Assembly: GCA_964620265.1 (NCBI GenBank)
Contig: CAZUGY010000002.1
Coordinates: 13,504 to 77,503 of the forward strand
DNA from: an uncultured Alcaligenaceae bacterium
GTDB lineage: Bacteria > Pseudomonadota > Gammaproteobacteria > Burkholderiales > Casimicrobiaceae
Direction: 5' to 3'
DNA: 64,000 bases
Both the position numbers and the translations under genes were made by a program. The notes beneath the pieces are model-generated. The model had not been told where the DNA came from. It saw nothing but the letters and a program-made list of their open reading frames with translations, and ran no database searches. Every line of letters starts with the position of its first letter. The stretch's first letter is position 1. This document shows, in pieces, positions 26,596 to 35,633 of the stretch.

Positions 26596-29500
26596 ATGCT
26601 GTCGCGCTTCTTCATCGAGCGGCCCGTCTTCGCGGCGGTCGTCGCGCTCATCATCTGCCTCGCCGGCCTCGTGTCGATGACGCAGCTCCCGGTTTCGCAG
26701 TATCCCTCCATCACGCCGGTGCAGGTGACGGTCTCGGCCAGCTACCCCGGCGCCGACTCGCGCACGCTCGCCGAGTCCGTGGCCTCGCCCATCGAGCAGC
26801 AGATCAACGGCGTGGACAACATGCTCTACATGTCGTCGACGTCGAGCTCGACCGGCCAGCTCACGATGACGATCTACTTCTCGCTCGACACCGATCCCGA
26901 CATCGCGCAGGTGCAGGTGCAGAACCGCGTCAACCTCGCGATGCCGCAGCTGCCGTCGGCCGTGGTGCAGCAGGGCGTGAACGTGCAGAAGAAGTCGTCG
27001 TCGATCATGATGCTGCTGGCGGTCTACGCGAAGGACAACCGCTACAGCGCGAACTACATCGCCAACTACGCCAACGTCTACGTGCTCGATGCGCTGAAGC
27101 GCGTCAACGGCGCGGGCCAGGCGCAGATCATGGGTGTGCCCAACCAGGCGATGCGCATCTGGATGAATCCGGACCGCATGGCCTCGCTCGGCATCACCAC
27201 GAGCGACATCGCCAACGCCATCAACCAGCAGAACCAGCTCTTCGGCGCGGGCCAGATCGGCCAGCAGCCCAATGCCGGGCCGGTGGAGCTCACCTTCCCG
27301 GTCATCACGCAGCCGCAGTACACCGATCCGCAGCAGTACGAGAACATCGTCCTGCGCGCCTCGCAGGACGGCGCGGCGATCGTGCGCGTGGGCGATGTGG
27401 CGCGCGCCGAGATCGGCCTGCAGCAATACATCGTCAACAGCCAGATGAACGGCACGCCGGCCACGATCATCGCGGTCTACCAGCAGCCGGGCGCCAACGG
27501 GCTCCTCGTCTCCCAGGCCGTGCGCGAGACGATGGACAAGATGAAGTCCAAGTTTCCCGACGGGATGGAGTATCTCGTCGCGCTCGACACCAACGACTTC
27601 GTGCGGCTGTCGATCAAGGAAGTCATCAAGACGCTCTTCGAGGCGATGCTGCTCGTGGTGCTCGTGGTGTATCTCTTCCTGCAGAGCTTCCGCACCACGA
27701 TCATCTGCGCGGTGGCGATCGTGATCGCGCTCATTGCCACCTTCGCAGGGATGCTGGCCCTCGGCTTCTCGATCAACCTCCTCACGCTCTTCGGGCTCGT
27801 GCTCGCCATCGGGATGGTGGTGGACGACGCCATCGTGGTGGTCGAGAACGTCGAGCGCAACATGCAGCAGCACCACCTGTCGCCGAAGGACGCGACGATC
27901 CGCTCCATGGACGAGATCGCGAGCTCGCTCGTGGCCGTGGTGCTCGTGATGTGCTCGGTGTTCATCCCGGCGGCGTTCCTGCCCGGCACCACGGGACAGC
28001 TCTACAAGCAGTTCGCGATCACCATCGTGATCTCGGTCTCGGTATCGGGATTCGTCGCGCTCACGGTCACGCCGGCGATGTGCGCGGTACTGCTGAAGCA
28101 CACCCCACCGCCCACGCGCGGGCCGTTCGCCTGGTTCAACCGGCAGGTGGATCGCGTGACGCAGGCGTTCGGCGTGGCGGTGGGCTACGTCATCAAGTAC
28201 GCGGTGGTCGCACTGATCCTGCTCGCGGTGTTCCTCTACTCGATCTTCCACCTCTTCAAGATCCTGCCCACGAGCTTCGTCCCCAACGAGGACCAGGGTT
28301 ACGCCTTCGCCGCGATCATCATGCCGCAGGCCGCGAGCCTCGCGCGCACGCAGGAGATCACCAACCGCGCCGATGCGATCTTCAAGGACATCCCGGGGGT
28401 CAAGACGCGCACGGTCGTCACCGGCTACAGCCTGCTCGACAGCGGGTTCAAGACCAGCGCCGGCACGATCTTCGTGAACTTCGACGACTTCGACAAGCGC
28501 TACGAAAGCATCGAGACGGCCAAGGCGCAGAACGTGCGCACTATCCTGCAGACGTTCTATGCCAGGTCGAGCCAGATCGAGGAAGCGATCGTGGTGCCCA
28601 TCGCGCCGCCCGCCATTCCCGGCATCGGCACCACCGGTGGCTTCGAGTTCTGGATCCAGGACACCGGCACCGGCGATCCGGTGGCGCTGGAGCACGTGCT
28701 GCAGGACGTGATGAAGGCGGCGCGGGCGCGTCCCGAGCTCACCGGGCTCGCCACCACCTACAACGCGAGCACGCAGCAGCTCAAGGCCAACGTCGATCGC
28801 GAGAAATCGCAGCTCCTGGGCGTGCCGATCCAGGACGTCTACAGTGCCATCCAGGCGCAGTTCGGCTCGCTCGCGGTCAGCCAGTACAACCTCTTCTCCA
28901 ACGTGTGGTGGGTGATCCTGCAGTCGGATGCGCCCTACCGGCAGAATCCCGAGGACCTCACGCGCCTGTACACGCGCAACGGCCAGAACCAGATGGTGCC
29001 GCTGTCGGCGGTGGTGACGACGGAATGGACGTCGGGGCCGGACATCCTGCCGCACTTCAACGGCTTTGCGGCGGCCAAGATCAACGGGAACGCGGCGGCA
29101 GGCTACAGCTCGGGCGACGCGATCAGGGTGATGGAAGAGGTCGCGGGCGAGGTGCTGCCGCCCGGCTATACGTTCGCGTGGTCGGGGCTCGCCTTCGAGG
29201 AGAAGCAATCGGGCGGCACGTCGGGGCTCGCCTTCATCTTCGGCTTCATCATCGTGTTCCTGGTGCTCGCCGCGCAGTACGAATCGTGGACGCTGCCCGG
29301 GGCCGTGATGTCCGCGGTGCCCTTCGGCATCCTCGGCGCGCTCCTCACCAACCACCTGCGCGGGCTCGACAACGACGTCTACTTCCAGATCGGCCTTCTC
29401 GTGCTGATCGGCCTGGGTGCGAAGAATGCGGTGCTGCGCGTGTCCGCAGCGATCGACTTCCGCAAGCAGGGCAAGTCGATCATGGAAGCGACGATCCTCG

Positions 29501-29865
29501 CGGGCGAGCAGCGCCTGCGGCCGATCATCATGACCTCGCTCGCCTTTGCCATCGGCTGCCTGCCGCTGGCGCTCGCGGTGGGCGCGGGTGCCAATGCACG
29601 CCATTCGATCGGCACCGGCATCATCGGCGGCATGCTGGGGGAGACCACGCTCGCGATGCTCTACGTCCCGCTGCTCTTCTATCTCTTCGACCGCATGAAG
29701 GAAGGCCGCGAGGAGACGGTCGTGCACGTTGGTGAGACCGCGCACGCCGCGGCGGTGCCGACCGCTGCGGAAGATGCCGCCGGACCGCTTGCGGCTGACG
29801 TCCCGCCCGACGCTTCCACGCCCCCGCCGTCGGCTTCCACGCCGCCGTCGCGTCCGCAAGGCTGA
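26596..29865 (+). CDS. HAE1-family RND efflux permease
   Basis: 1089 aa. MLSRFFIERPVFAAV, GMVVDDAIVVVENVER, GLGAKNAV and RLRPIIMTSLAF. Pro/Ser-rich tail. Confidence 0.96.
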   Translation: MLSRFFIERPVFAAVVALIICLAGLVSMTQLPVSQYPSITPVQVTVSASYPGADSRTLAESVASPIEQQINGVDNMLYMSSTSSSTGQLTMTIYFSLDTDPDIAQVQVQNRVNLAMPQLPSAVVQQGVNVQKKSSSIMMLLAVYAKDNRYSANYIANYANVYVLDALKRVNGAGQAQIMGVPNQAMRIWMNPDRMASLGITTSDIANAINQQNQLFGAGQIGQQPNAGPVELTFPVITQPQYTDPQQYENIVLRASQDGAAIVRVGDVARAEIGLQQYIVNSQMNGTPATIIAVYQQPGANGLLVSQAVRETMDKMKSKFPDGMEYLVALDTNDFVRLSIKEVIKTLFEAMLLVVLVVYLFLQSFRTTIICAVAIVIALIATFAGMLALGFSINLLTLFGLVLAIGMVVDDAIVVVENVERNMQQHHLSPKDATIRSMDEIASSLVAVVLVMCSVFIPAAFLPGTTGQLYKQFAITIVISVSVSGFVALTVTPAMCAVLLKHTPPPTRGPFAWFNRQVDRVTQAFGVAVGYVIKYAVVALILLAVFLYSIFHLFKILPTSFVPNEDQGYAFAAIIMPQAASLARTQEITNRADAIFKDIPGVKTRTVVTGYSLLDSGFKTSAGTIFVNFDDFDKRYESIETAKAQNVRTILQTFYARSSQIEEAIVVPIAPPAIPGIGTTGGFEFWIQDTGTGDPVALEHVLQDVMKAARARPELTGLATTYNASTQQLKANVDREKSQLLGVPIQDVYSAIQAQFGSLAVSQYNLFSNVWWVILQSDAPYRQNPEDLTRLYTRNGQNQMVPLSAVVTTEWTSGPDILPHFNGFAAAKINGNAAAGYSSGDAIRVMEEVAGEVLPPGYTFAWSGLAFEEKQSGGTSGLAFIFGFIIVFLVLAAQYESWTLPGAVMSAVPFGILGALLTNHLRGLDNDVYFQIGLLVLIGLGAKNAVLRVSAAIDFRKQGKSIMEATILAGEQRLRPIIMTSLAFAIGCLPLALAVGAGANARHSIGTGIIGGMLGETTLAMLYVPLLFYLFDRMKEGREETVVHVGETAHAAAVPTAAEDAAGPLAADVPPDASTPPPSASTPPSRPQG
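29812..29850 (+). repeat. Short imperfect tandem repeat in the permease tail (ASTPPPS-ASTPPS)
   Basis: GCTTCCACGCCCCCGCCGTCG is followed directly by GCTTCCACGCCGCCGTCG. Confidence 0.55.
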
Positions 29866-29869
29866 TCCC

Positions 29870-31375
29870 GTGCGCGACCTGGCCTGCCCTGTGCGCCGCG
29901 CTGCCGATCCCGTGCGGCGCCTCGTCGCCTCCCTCGCCTGCGCGAGCCTCGTCGCGGGCTGCACCGTGGGTCCCGATTACGCGCGGCCCGCGATCGACAC
30001 GCCCGCCACCTTCCTCTATTCGCCGAAGGACGCCGCGGACACCGCGAACACCGCGTGGTGGAAGCAGTTCGACGATCCGGTGCTCGATGCGCTGATCGCG
30101 GAAGCGCTCGCCCACAACCAGAGCATCAGGGTCGCCGTGGGCAATGTCGAGCAAGCGGCGGGGGTGCTCACGCAGACGCGCTCGGCACTCTTCCCGCAAC
30201 TCGGCGGCAATGCGTCGGCGGGCCGCGCGCGCAGCTCCGAATCGGGCATCAGTCCCGAAGCCGCGAGCGTGCTGCGCAATCCGCAGAGCGCGTACCAGGC
30301 ATTGCTCTCCGCGAGCTGGGAGATCGACCTGTGGGGCCGCATCCAGCGGCTGTCGGAAGCGTCGCGGGCCAATCTTCTCGCCACCGACGAGGCGCGCAAG
30401 GGCGTGATCCTCACGCTGGTTTCCGGTGTTGCCACGAGCTACCTCACGCTGCGCGGCCTCGACCAGCAGCTCGTGGTGGCCAAGCGCACGCTCGATACCT
30501 ACGGCGAATCGCTGCGCCTTTTCAAGCTGCAGTTCCAGTACGGCCAGATCTCGCAGATGAACGTGTCGCAGGTGCAGTCGCAATACGAGACGGCCGCGGC
30601 GGCGATCCCGCAGATCGAATCGGAGATAGCGCAGCAGGAGCTGGCGCTGTGCGTGCTGCTCGGGCGCAACCCCGGCCCGATCGCGCGCGGCAAGTCGATC
30701 TACGACCTCGCGCTGCCCGCGGTGCCCGCCGGCGTGCCGTCGGACCTCCTCACCCGCCGTCCGGACCTCGTGCAGGCGGAGAACCAGCTCGTGGCCGCCA
30801 ATGCGCAGATCGGCGCGGCGCGTGCGCTGTACTTCCCGCAGATCTCGCTCACGGCCGCGGGGGGCTCGGGCAGCCCGGCGCTGTCGGATCTGTTCACCGG
30901 GCCCGCGCGCGTGTGGAGCTACGCGGGCTCGCTCGTAGGCCCCATCTTCACGTTCGGCGCGGTGAGCGGCCAGGTGGCGGCCGCCGAAGGCGCGCGCGAC
31001 GCGGCGGTCGCCAACTATCGCTATGCGATCCAGAATGCCTTCTCCGAGGTCGACCAGTCGCTCGTGGCCAGCGAGAAGGTGCAGGAGCAGCTCGCGGCCC
31101 AGCAGCGGCTCGTGAATGCGCTCGGCGACTACTCGCGACTCGCGCACCTGCAATACGACGGCGGATACACGTCGTACACGACGGTGCTGCAGGCGGAGCA
31201 GCAGCTCTTTCCGGCCGAGCTGCAGCTCGCCGCGGTGCGCGCGACGGTATTCACGTCGTCCGTCGCGATCTACAAGGCGATGGGCGGCGGCTGGGTGGTG
31301 GAAGCCGATCGCATGACGGGCAATGCTGCTCCACCGCCCGCCGAGCGCAGCACGGGAATGCCGCCGCTCTTCTAG
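29870..31375 (+). CDS. Outer-membrane efflux factor lipoprotein (OprM/NodT family)
   Basis: Lipobox VAGC-TVGPDY, SWEIDLWGR, LLTRRPDLVQAE and YKAMGGGW. GTG start at 29870 or 29912. Confidence 0.93.
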   Translation: MRDLACPVRRAADPVRRLVASLACASLVAGCTVGPDYARPAIDTPATFLYSPKDAADTANTAWWKQFDDPVLDALIAEALAHNQSIRVAVGNVEQAAGVLTQTRSALFPQLGGNASAGRARSSESGISPEAASVLRNPQSAYQALLSASWEIDLWGRIQRLSEASRANLLATDEARKGVILTLVSGVATSYLTLRGLDQQLVVAKRTLDTYGESLRLFKLQFQYGQISQMNVSQVQSQYETAAAAIPQIESEIAQQELALCVLLGRNPGPIARGKSIYDLALPAVPAGVPSDLLTRRPDLVQAENQLVAANAQIGAARALYFPQISLTAAGGSGSPALSDLFTGPARVWSYAGSLVGPIFTFGAVSGQVAAAEGARDAAVANYRYAIQNAFSEVDQSLVASEKVQEQLAAQQRLVNALGDYSRLAHLQYDGGYTSYTTVLQAEQQLFPAELQLAAVRATVFTSSVAIYKAMGGGWVVEADRMTGNAAPPPAERSTGMPPLF

Positions 31376-31574
31376 GCATCGCCGCAGCTCGCGGCAACCT
31401 GCACGCCACCACCGTTGTCACCGATGGCCCGCTCATGCACGGGAAGCTGACCCATGTCATCTCCTCCGGATCGCGACGCGCGCAGAATCGTCTTGCATTC
31501 GCGCGGCCACGCCGCGCGGGCGTTGATCCGCACACGCTCCATTCAAACATTCCGACAATCACGAGGAGACGACG

Positions 31575-32135
31575 ATGAACCACCGCAGCATCATGGCAGC
31601 CGCCCTGTTCTGGGCGATGAGTTCCGGATTCGCATTCGCCGCGGACAAGGCCAAGGACCAGGCCGAAGTGAAGGCGGCGGGCGAGGCCGCGCTCGCCGCG
31701 CTCTACAAGGCGCAGCCCTCCGCGCGCAAGGCTGTCGAGTCTGCCGCGGGCTACGCCGCCTTCAGCAATTTCGGGATGAAGATACTCGTGGCCGGCGGCG
31801 GCTCGGGGAAGGGCATCGCCGTGAACAACAAGACCAAGGCCATCACCTACATGAAGATGGCCGAGGTGCAGGCGGGACTTGGCATCGGTGCCAAGAAGTT
31901 CCAGGTCGTGTGGGTATTCGCGGACGACGCCGCGCTCAACAATTTCATCAACTCCGGCTGGGAGTTCGGCGGTCAGGCCACCGCGGCCGCGAAATCGGGC
32001 GACAAGGGCAGCGCCTACCAGGGGGCCGTTTCGGTGTCGCCGGGCGTGTGGCTCTACCAGGTCACCGACAAGGGCCTCGCGCTGGAGCTCACCGCCAAGG
32101 GGACCAAGTACTACAAGGATGCGGATCTCAACTGA
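31575..32135 (+). CDS. Secreted YSC84/SYLF-like lipid-binding domain protein
   Basis: Signal peptide, GYAAFSNFG, GGGSGKGIAV, EVQAGLGIGAKKFQVVWVF and GWEFGGQATAAA. GAGGAG RBS. Confidence 0.8.
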   Translation: MNHRSIMAAALFWAMSSGFAFAADKAKDQAEVKAAGEAALAALYKAQPSARKAVESAAGYAAFSNFGMKILVAGGGSGKGIAVNNKTKAITYMKMAEVQAGLGIGAKKFQVVWVFADDAALNNFINSGWEFGGQATAAAKSGDKGSAYQGAVSVSPGVWLYQVTDKGLALELTAKGTKYYKDADLN

Positions 32136-32147
32136 GCGCTCGCGCCG

Positions 32148-32174
32148 GAAGGCGCGGTGACCGGGCGCGCCTTC
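32148..32174. terminator. Hairpin between convergent genes (possible bidirectional terminator)
   Basis: GAAGGCGCG (32148-32156) and CGCGCCTTC (32166-32174) form a perfect 9-bp stem between two stop codons. Confidence 0.5.
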
Positions 32175-32175
32175 G

Positions 32176-33870
32176 CTATGCGATGAGCCGCACGATCACC
32201 GTGCCCCACGTCGTGAGGAGGATGTGGCCTATCGCCACGGTCCCCGAGTAGCCCAGCACGGCCACCGAGCTTCCCGAACGCTCCTGCACGGCGGCGAGCG
32301 CCGCCGTCATCGTCTGCGCGCCCGCGAGCCCGCCGAGCAGCAGCAACGGATTGAGCTTCAGCACGTAGCGTCCGAAGTAGAGGCCCACGAAGAGCGGCGC
32401 GAGGGTCACCAGCACGCCGCCCAGCAGCAGCCCGATGCCGGACTCGCGCACCGCCGTCATGAAGTGGGGACCCGCCCCCAGGCCGATCATCGCCACGAAC
32501 GCCGCCAGGCCCAGCGAGATCATCAGGGCGACCGCGCCCGACGGTATCCTGCCGAAGCGGGGCCGCACCGAGTGCAGGTAGCCCACGAGGAGCCCCGCGA
32601 GCAGGGTGCCCACGCTCGTCCCCATCGCGATGCGCAACTCCCCCAGCGGAACCACGATGGAAACGCCCACGATGGCGCCGGTGACGATGCCGAGGCCCAG
32701 CGCGACGAAGTCGGTCTGGTCCGTGGGCAGCACGATCTCGCCCAGGCTGTCGGCAGCGCGCTTGACCGCGGCGGTTCGTCCCGACAGATACACGATGTCG
32801 CCGGCCTCGATCACGGTACCGGGTGCAACCGGCAGCTCCTGCCCTCCGCGGGAGATCGAGCGCAGGAAGACGCCGCGCAGCGGCACGTCCGACTGCACGA
32901 TCTGCGCGATGGACTTGCCGGCGATCGCCCTGTTCGATACGAACACGCCGCACGCCATCACCGGAACGTCGAGCGCCTCGCGATCCTCGATCTCGGTGGC
33001 ACCTGCGCGGCCGATCACGTCGGTGAGGATCTCGCGCCGGCCCGACAACGCCAGCACGTCGCCCGCGAGCACGACCGTGGACATGTCCGGCTCGATGAGA
33101 CGGCCGTCGCGCCGGATCCGCTCCACGAAGACGCGCGCGTCCGGCACCATGCCTTCGATCTGCTGCACGGTATGGCCCGCCACCCGGCCGCCCTCTTGCA
33201 CCCGGTAGGCGCGCAGCTCGAACGGCCGCCACGCCGAGCCCACCCCGGCGCTCGTGCGCCCGATGCCCAGCGACTCCTCCACCGCCCTTCCTTCGGCGGC
33301 GAGGTCGATGCGCAGGAGCTTCGGTCCGATCACGCTGCAGAACACGATGACCCCGAGCGCGCCGAAGACGTAGCACAGCGCATCGGCGACCGCGACGTGT
33401 CCCACGAGGCGCTCGCGCACGTCCTCGGGCAGCGGCAGCGACTGGATCGCCTCGATCGCGGTGCCGATCGCCGGTGACTCGGTGAGGGCGCCCGACAGGA
33501 GTCCCGCCGCCAGCCCCGGATCGAGATCGAGAAAGCGCGCGACGGCATACGCGGCGCCCAGTCCCGTGAAGGACATGACCGTCGCGAGCGCCGCCCACCG
33601 CAATCCGTCGCCCTTCATCGCCTTGAAGAATTGCGGCCCGACGGAGTAGCCGATGGCGAACAGGAACAGCATGAACATCAGCGACTTGGCCATCGACGAC
33701 ACGGTGACCGGAAACACGTAGCCCACCACAAGCCCCACCAGGAGGGACCCCGTGACCGGCCCGAGCGCAAAGCCCATGACCTTCAGGTTGCCGAGCCAGT
33801 AGCCGATCCCCACCACGAAGAACACGGCGACTTCCGGATACTTCGCCAGCGTCGCGGCCATCCAGTCCAT
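32176..33870 (-). CDS. AspT/YidE-family (AAE) amino acid exchanger with two TrkA-C domains
   Basis: FMLFLFAIGYSVGPQFF, GLLSGALTESPAIG, central RCK-C loops, LFGGLAGAQT-like GGLAGAQTMTAAL and LGYSGTVAIGHILLT. Confidence 0.9.
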   Translation of the reverse strand: MDWMAATLAKYPEVAVFFVVGIGYWLGNLKVMGFALGPVTGSLLVGLVVGYVFPVTVSSMAKSLMFMLFLFAIGYSVGPQFFKAMKGDGLRWAALATVMSFTGLGAAYAVARFLDLDPGLAAGLLSGALTESPAIGTAIEAIQSLPLPEDVRERLVGHVAVADALCYVFGALGVIVFCSVIGPKLLRIDLAAEGRAVEESLGIGRTSAGVGSAWRPFELRAYRVQEGGRVAGHTVQQIEGMVPDARVFVERIRRDGRLIEPDMSTVVLAGDVLALSGRREILTDVIGRAGATEIEDREALDVPVMACGVFVSNRAIAGKSIAQIVQSDVPLRGVFLRSISRGGQELPVAPGTVIEAGDIVYLSGRTAAVKRAADSLGEIVLPTDQTDFVALGLGIVTGAIVGVSIVVPLGELRIAMGTSVGTLLAGLLVGYLHSVRPRFGRIPSGAVALMISLGLAAFVAMIGLGAGPHFMTAVRESGIGLLLGGVLVTLAPLFVGLYFGRYVLKLNPLLLLGGLAGAQTMTAALAAVQERSGSSVAVLGYSGTVAIGHILLTTWGTVIVRLIA

Positions 33871-33885
33871 GCGCGCTCCCGGTCG

Positions 33886-35613
33886 CTACTTCGACAGCAC
33901 CATCGCGAGATAGCCGAACACGGTGAGCAGCACGCCCGATACCGCGTAGCCCACGGGAAAGCCGATCCACGGCACCGAGCTGTCGATCTCCTTGGCCGCC
34001 TCGCGCGCAGGACCCGAGTGCGACCGCGCGCCGGCCACGCCGCCCATCAGCACCGCCGGATTGATCTTCATCCAGTGGTAGCCGATGGCCCACACGAGGA
34101 TCGGCGGGATGGTGGTGACGATGAAGCCCGCGAGGAAGATGTACAGCGCGACCGCGCCCGTGAGCTGCGAGATGAGGCCCGCGCCGGCGTTGATGCCCAC
34201 GATCGCGATGAACACGATGAGCCCCAGGTCCTCCAGGATGTTGCGCGCGGCATTGGGCGTGTTGCCGAAGAAGCGCAGGCGCGACACCACCGAGGACACG
34301 ATCACGCCCGAGACCAGCAGGCCCCCGGCGTTGCCGAGGCCCACGTTGGATCCGGCCAGCGGAAAGGAGATCGCGCCGATGAGGAAGCCCAGGATCATGC
34401 CGAGCGACAGCGTGAGGAGGTCGGTGGCGGTGCTCGGCCGCGCGACCTTGCCGAGGAGGCCGGAGAGCTTGCCGACGGCGGACTTGAGGCCCACCACGAA
34501 CAGCACGTCGAAGCGCTGCAGCTTGACGTGCAGGCCCACCGGGATCGGAACGCCGCCGCGCTCGAGGCGCTGCAGGCCGAGCTGGCCCGCGAATTCGGCG
34601 GTGCGCAGATCGCCCAGCTCCTTGCCTTCCATGTCCTTGTTGGTGACGAGGATCTCGGCCTGGTCGAGCGGGATGTTGAGCGCCTTCGCATCCGGCACCT
34701 CGGGGCCGATGAGCCCCATGCGCTCGGTCATCGAATCGAGGCGCCCGCCGAGCACGATCACGTCGCCCTCGCGCAGCACGAGGTCGTCGGGCGCGCCGAG
34801 CATGTCGGAGCGGTCGCTGTCGGGGAGGTCAGCGCCCGGCCGCCGCACGTTGACGATCTTGTATTCCGGATTGCGCTGCAGGAACTGCAGCACCGTGGAG
34901 CCCACGACCTGCGCATTGGTGAGGCGATAGGCGCGCAACGCGAGCGGCCGGTAGCCCGTGAGGCCGGCATCGTCGACATTGGGCACGCCCTCTTCCTCCT
35001 CGTAGCGCTTGGCGGCCGCCTTGGCATCGATGCCCCACCAGCGCGGCAGGTACTTGCAGATGAGGATGATGCCCACCGTCCCCCAGATGTACGTCAGCCC
35101 GTAGGACAGCGCGATCATGCCGCTCACGGTCTCGAAGGTCTGTCCAGGCCCCAGCGGGAACACGCCCTGCCGCACCGCTTCCTCCGCCGAGCCGATCGCC
35201 GCCGACATCGTCATCGCGCCGGCGAGGATGCCCCCCGCCGCGCCCGCGGGCAGGTCCCACAGCTTGGAGAAGAACACCGCGCCCAGGAGTCCCAGGATCG
35301 AGCAGAACACCGCGAGCACGGTGAACTTCAAGCCGTCGCCCTTCAGGCTGTTGATGAACGACGGCCCCACGCGCAGCCCCACCCCGTACATGAAGAGGTA
35401 GTAGAAGAGCGACTTCGTGAAGTTGTCGAGGCTCATCTTGATGCCGTAGGTGGACGCCCACGCGGAGATGCCCGCCCCCACCACGATGGCGGACGCCACC
35501 ATGCCCAGCCCATAGCCCTTGACCGTGAACTTGCCGAGGAGGACCGCGCCACCCACCGTGAAGAAGAGCAGGATGAAGGGATTCGCCGCCAGCCACTTGA
35601 GGAAGATTTCCAT
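33886..35613 (-). CDS. AspT/YidE-family (AAE) exchanger, second copy
   Basis: YLFMYGVGLRVGPSF, GILAGAMTMSAAIG, TrkA-C loops, GGVAGARSHSG and GFPVGYAVSGVLLT. Confidence 0.9.
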   Translation of the reverse strand: MEIFLKWLAANPFILLFFTVGGAVLLGKFTVKGYGLGMVASAIVVGAGISAWASTYGIKMSLDNFTKSLFYYLFMYGVGLRVGPSFINSLKGDGLKFTVLAVFCSILGLLGAVFFSKLWDLPAGAAGGILAGAMTMSAAIGSAEEAVRQGVFPLGPGQTFETVSGMIALSYGLTYIWGTVGIILICKYLPRWWGIDAKAAAKRYEEEEGVPNVDDAGLTGYRPLALRAYRLTNAQVVGSTVLQFLQRNPEYKIVNVRRPGADLPDSDRSDMLGAPDDLVLREGDVIVLGGRLDSMTERMGLIGPEVPDAKALNIPLDQAEILVTNKDMEGKELGDLRTAEFAGQLGLQRLERGGVPIPVGLHVKLQRFDVLFVVGLKSAVGKLSGLLGKVARPSTATDLLTLSLGMILGFLIGAISFPLAGSNVGLGNAGGLLVSGVIVSSVVSRLRFFGNTPNAARNILEDLGLIVFIAIVGINAGAGLISQLTGAVALYIFLAGFIVTTIPPILVWAIGYHWMKINPAVLMGGVAGARSHSGPAREAAKEIDSSVPWIGFPVGYAVSGVLLTVFGYLAMVLSK

Positions 35614-35633
35614 GACCGTTCCTTTCCGGTTGC

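Noticed and set aside
29864-29917. Duplicated GATCCCGTGCG near the OMF start
   Set aside because: An 11-mer seen twice only makes the start codon ambiguous. No sign of a target-site duplication or inserted element.
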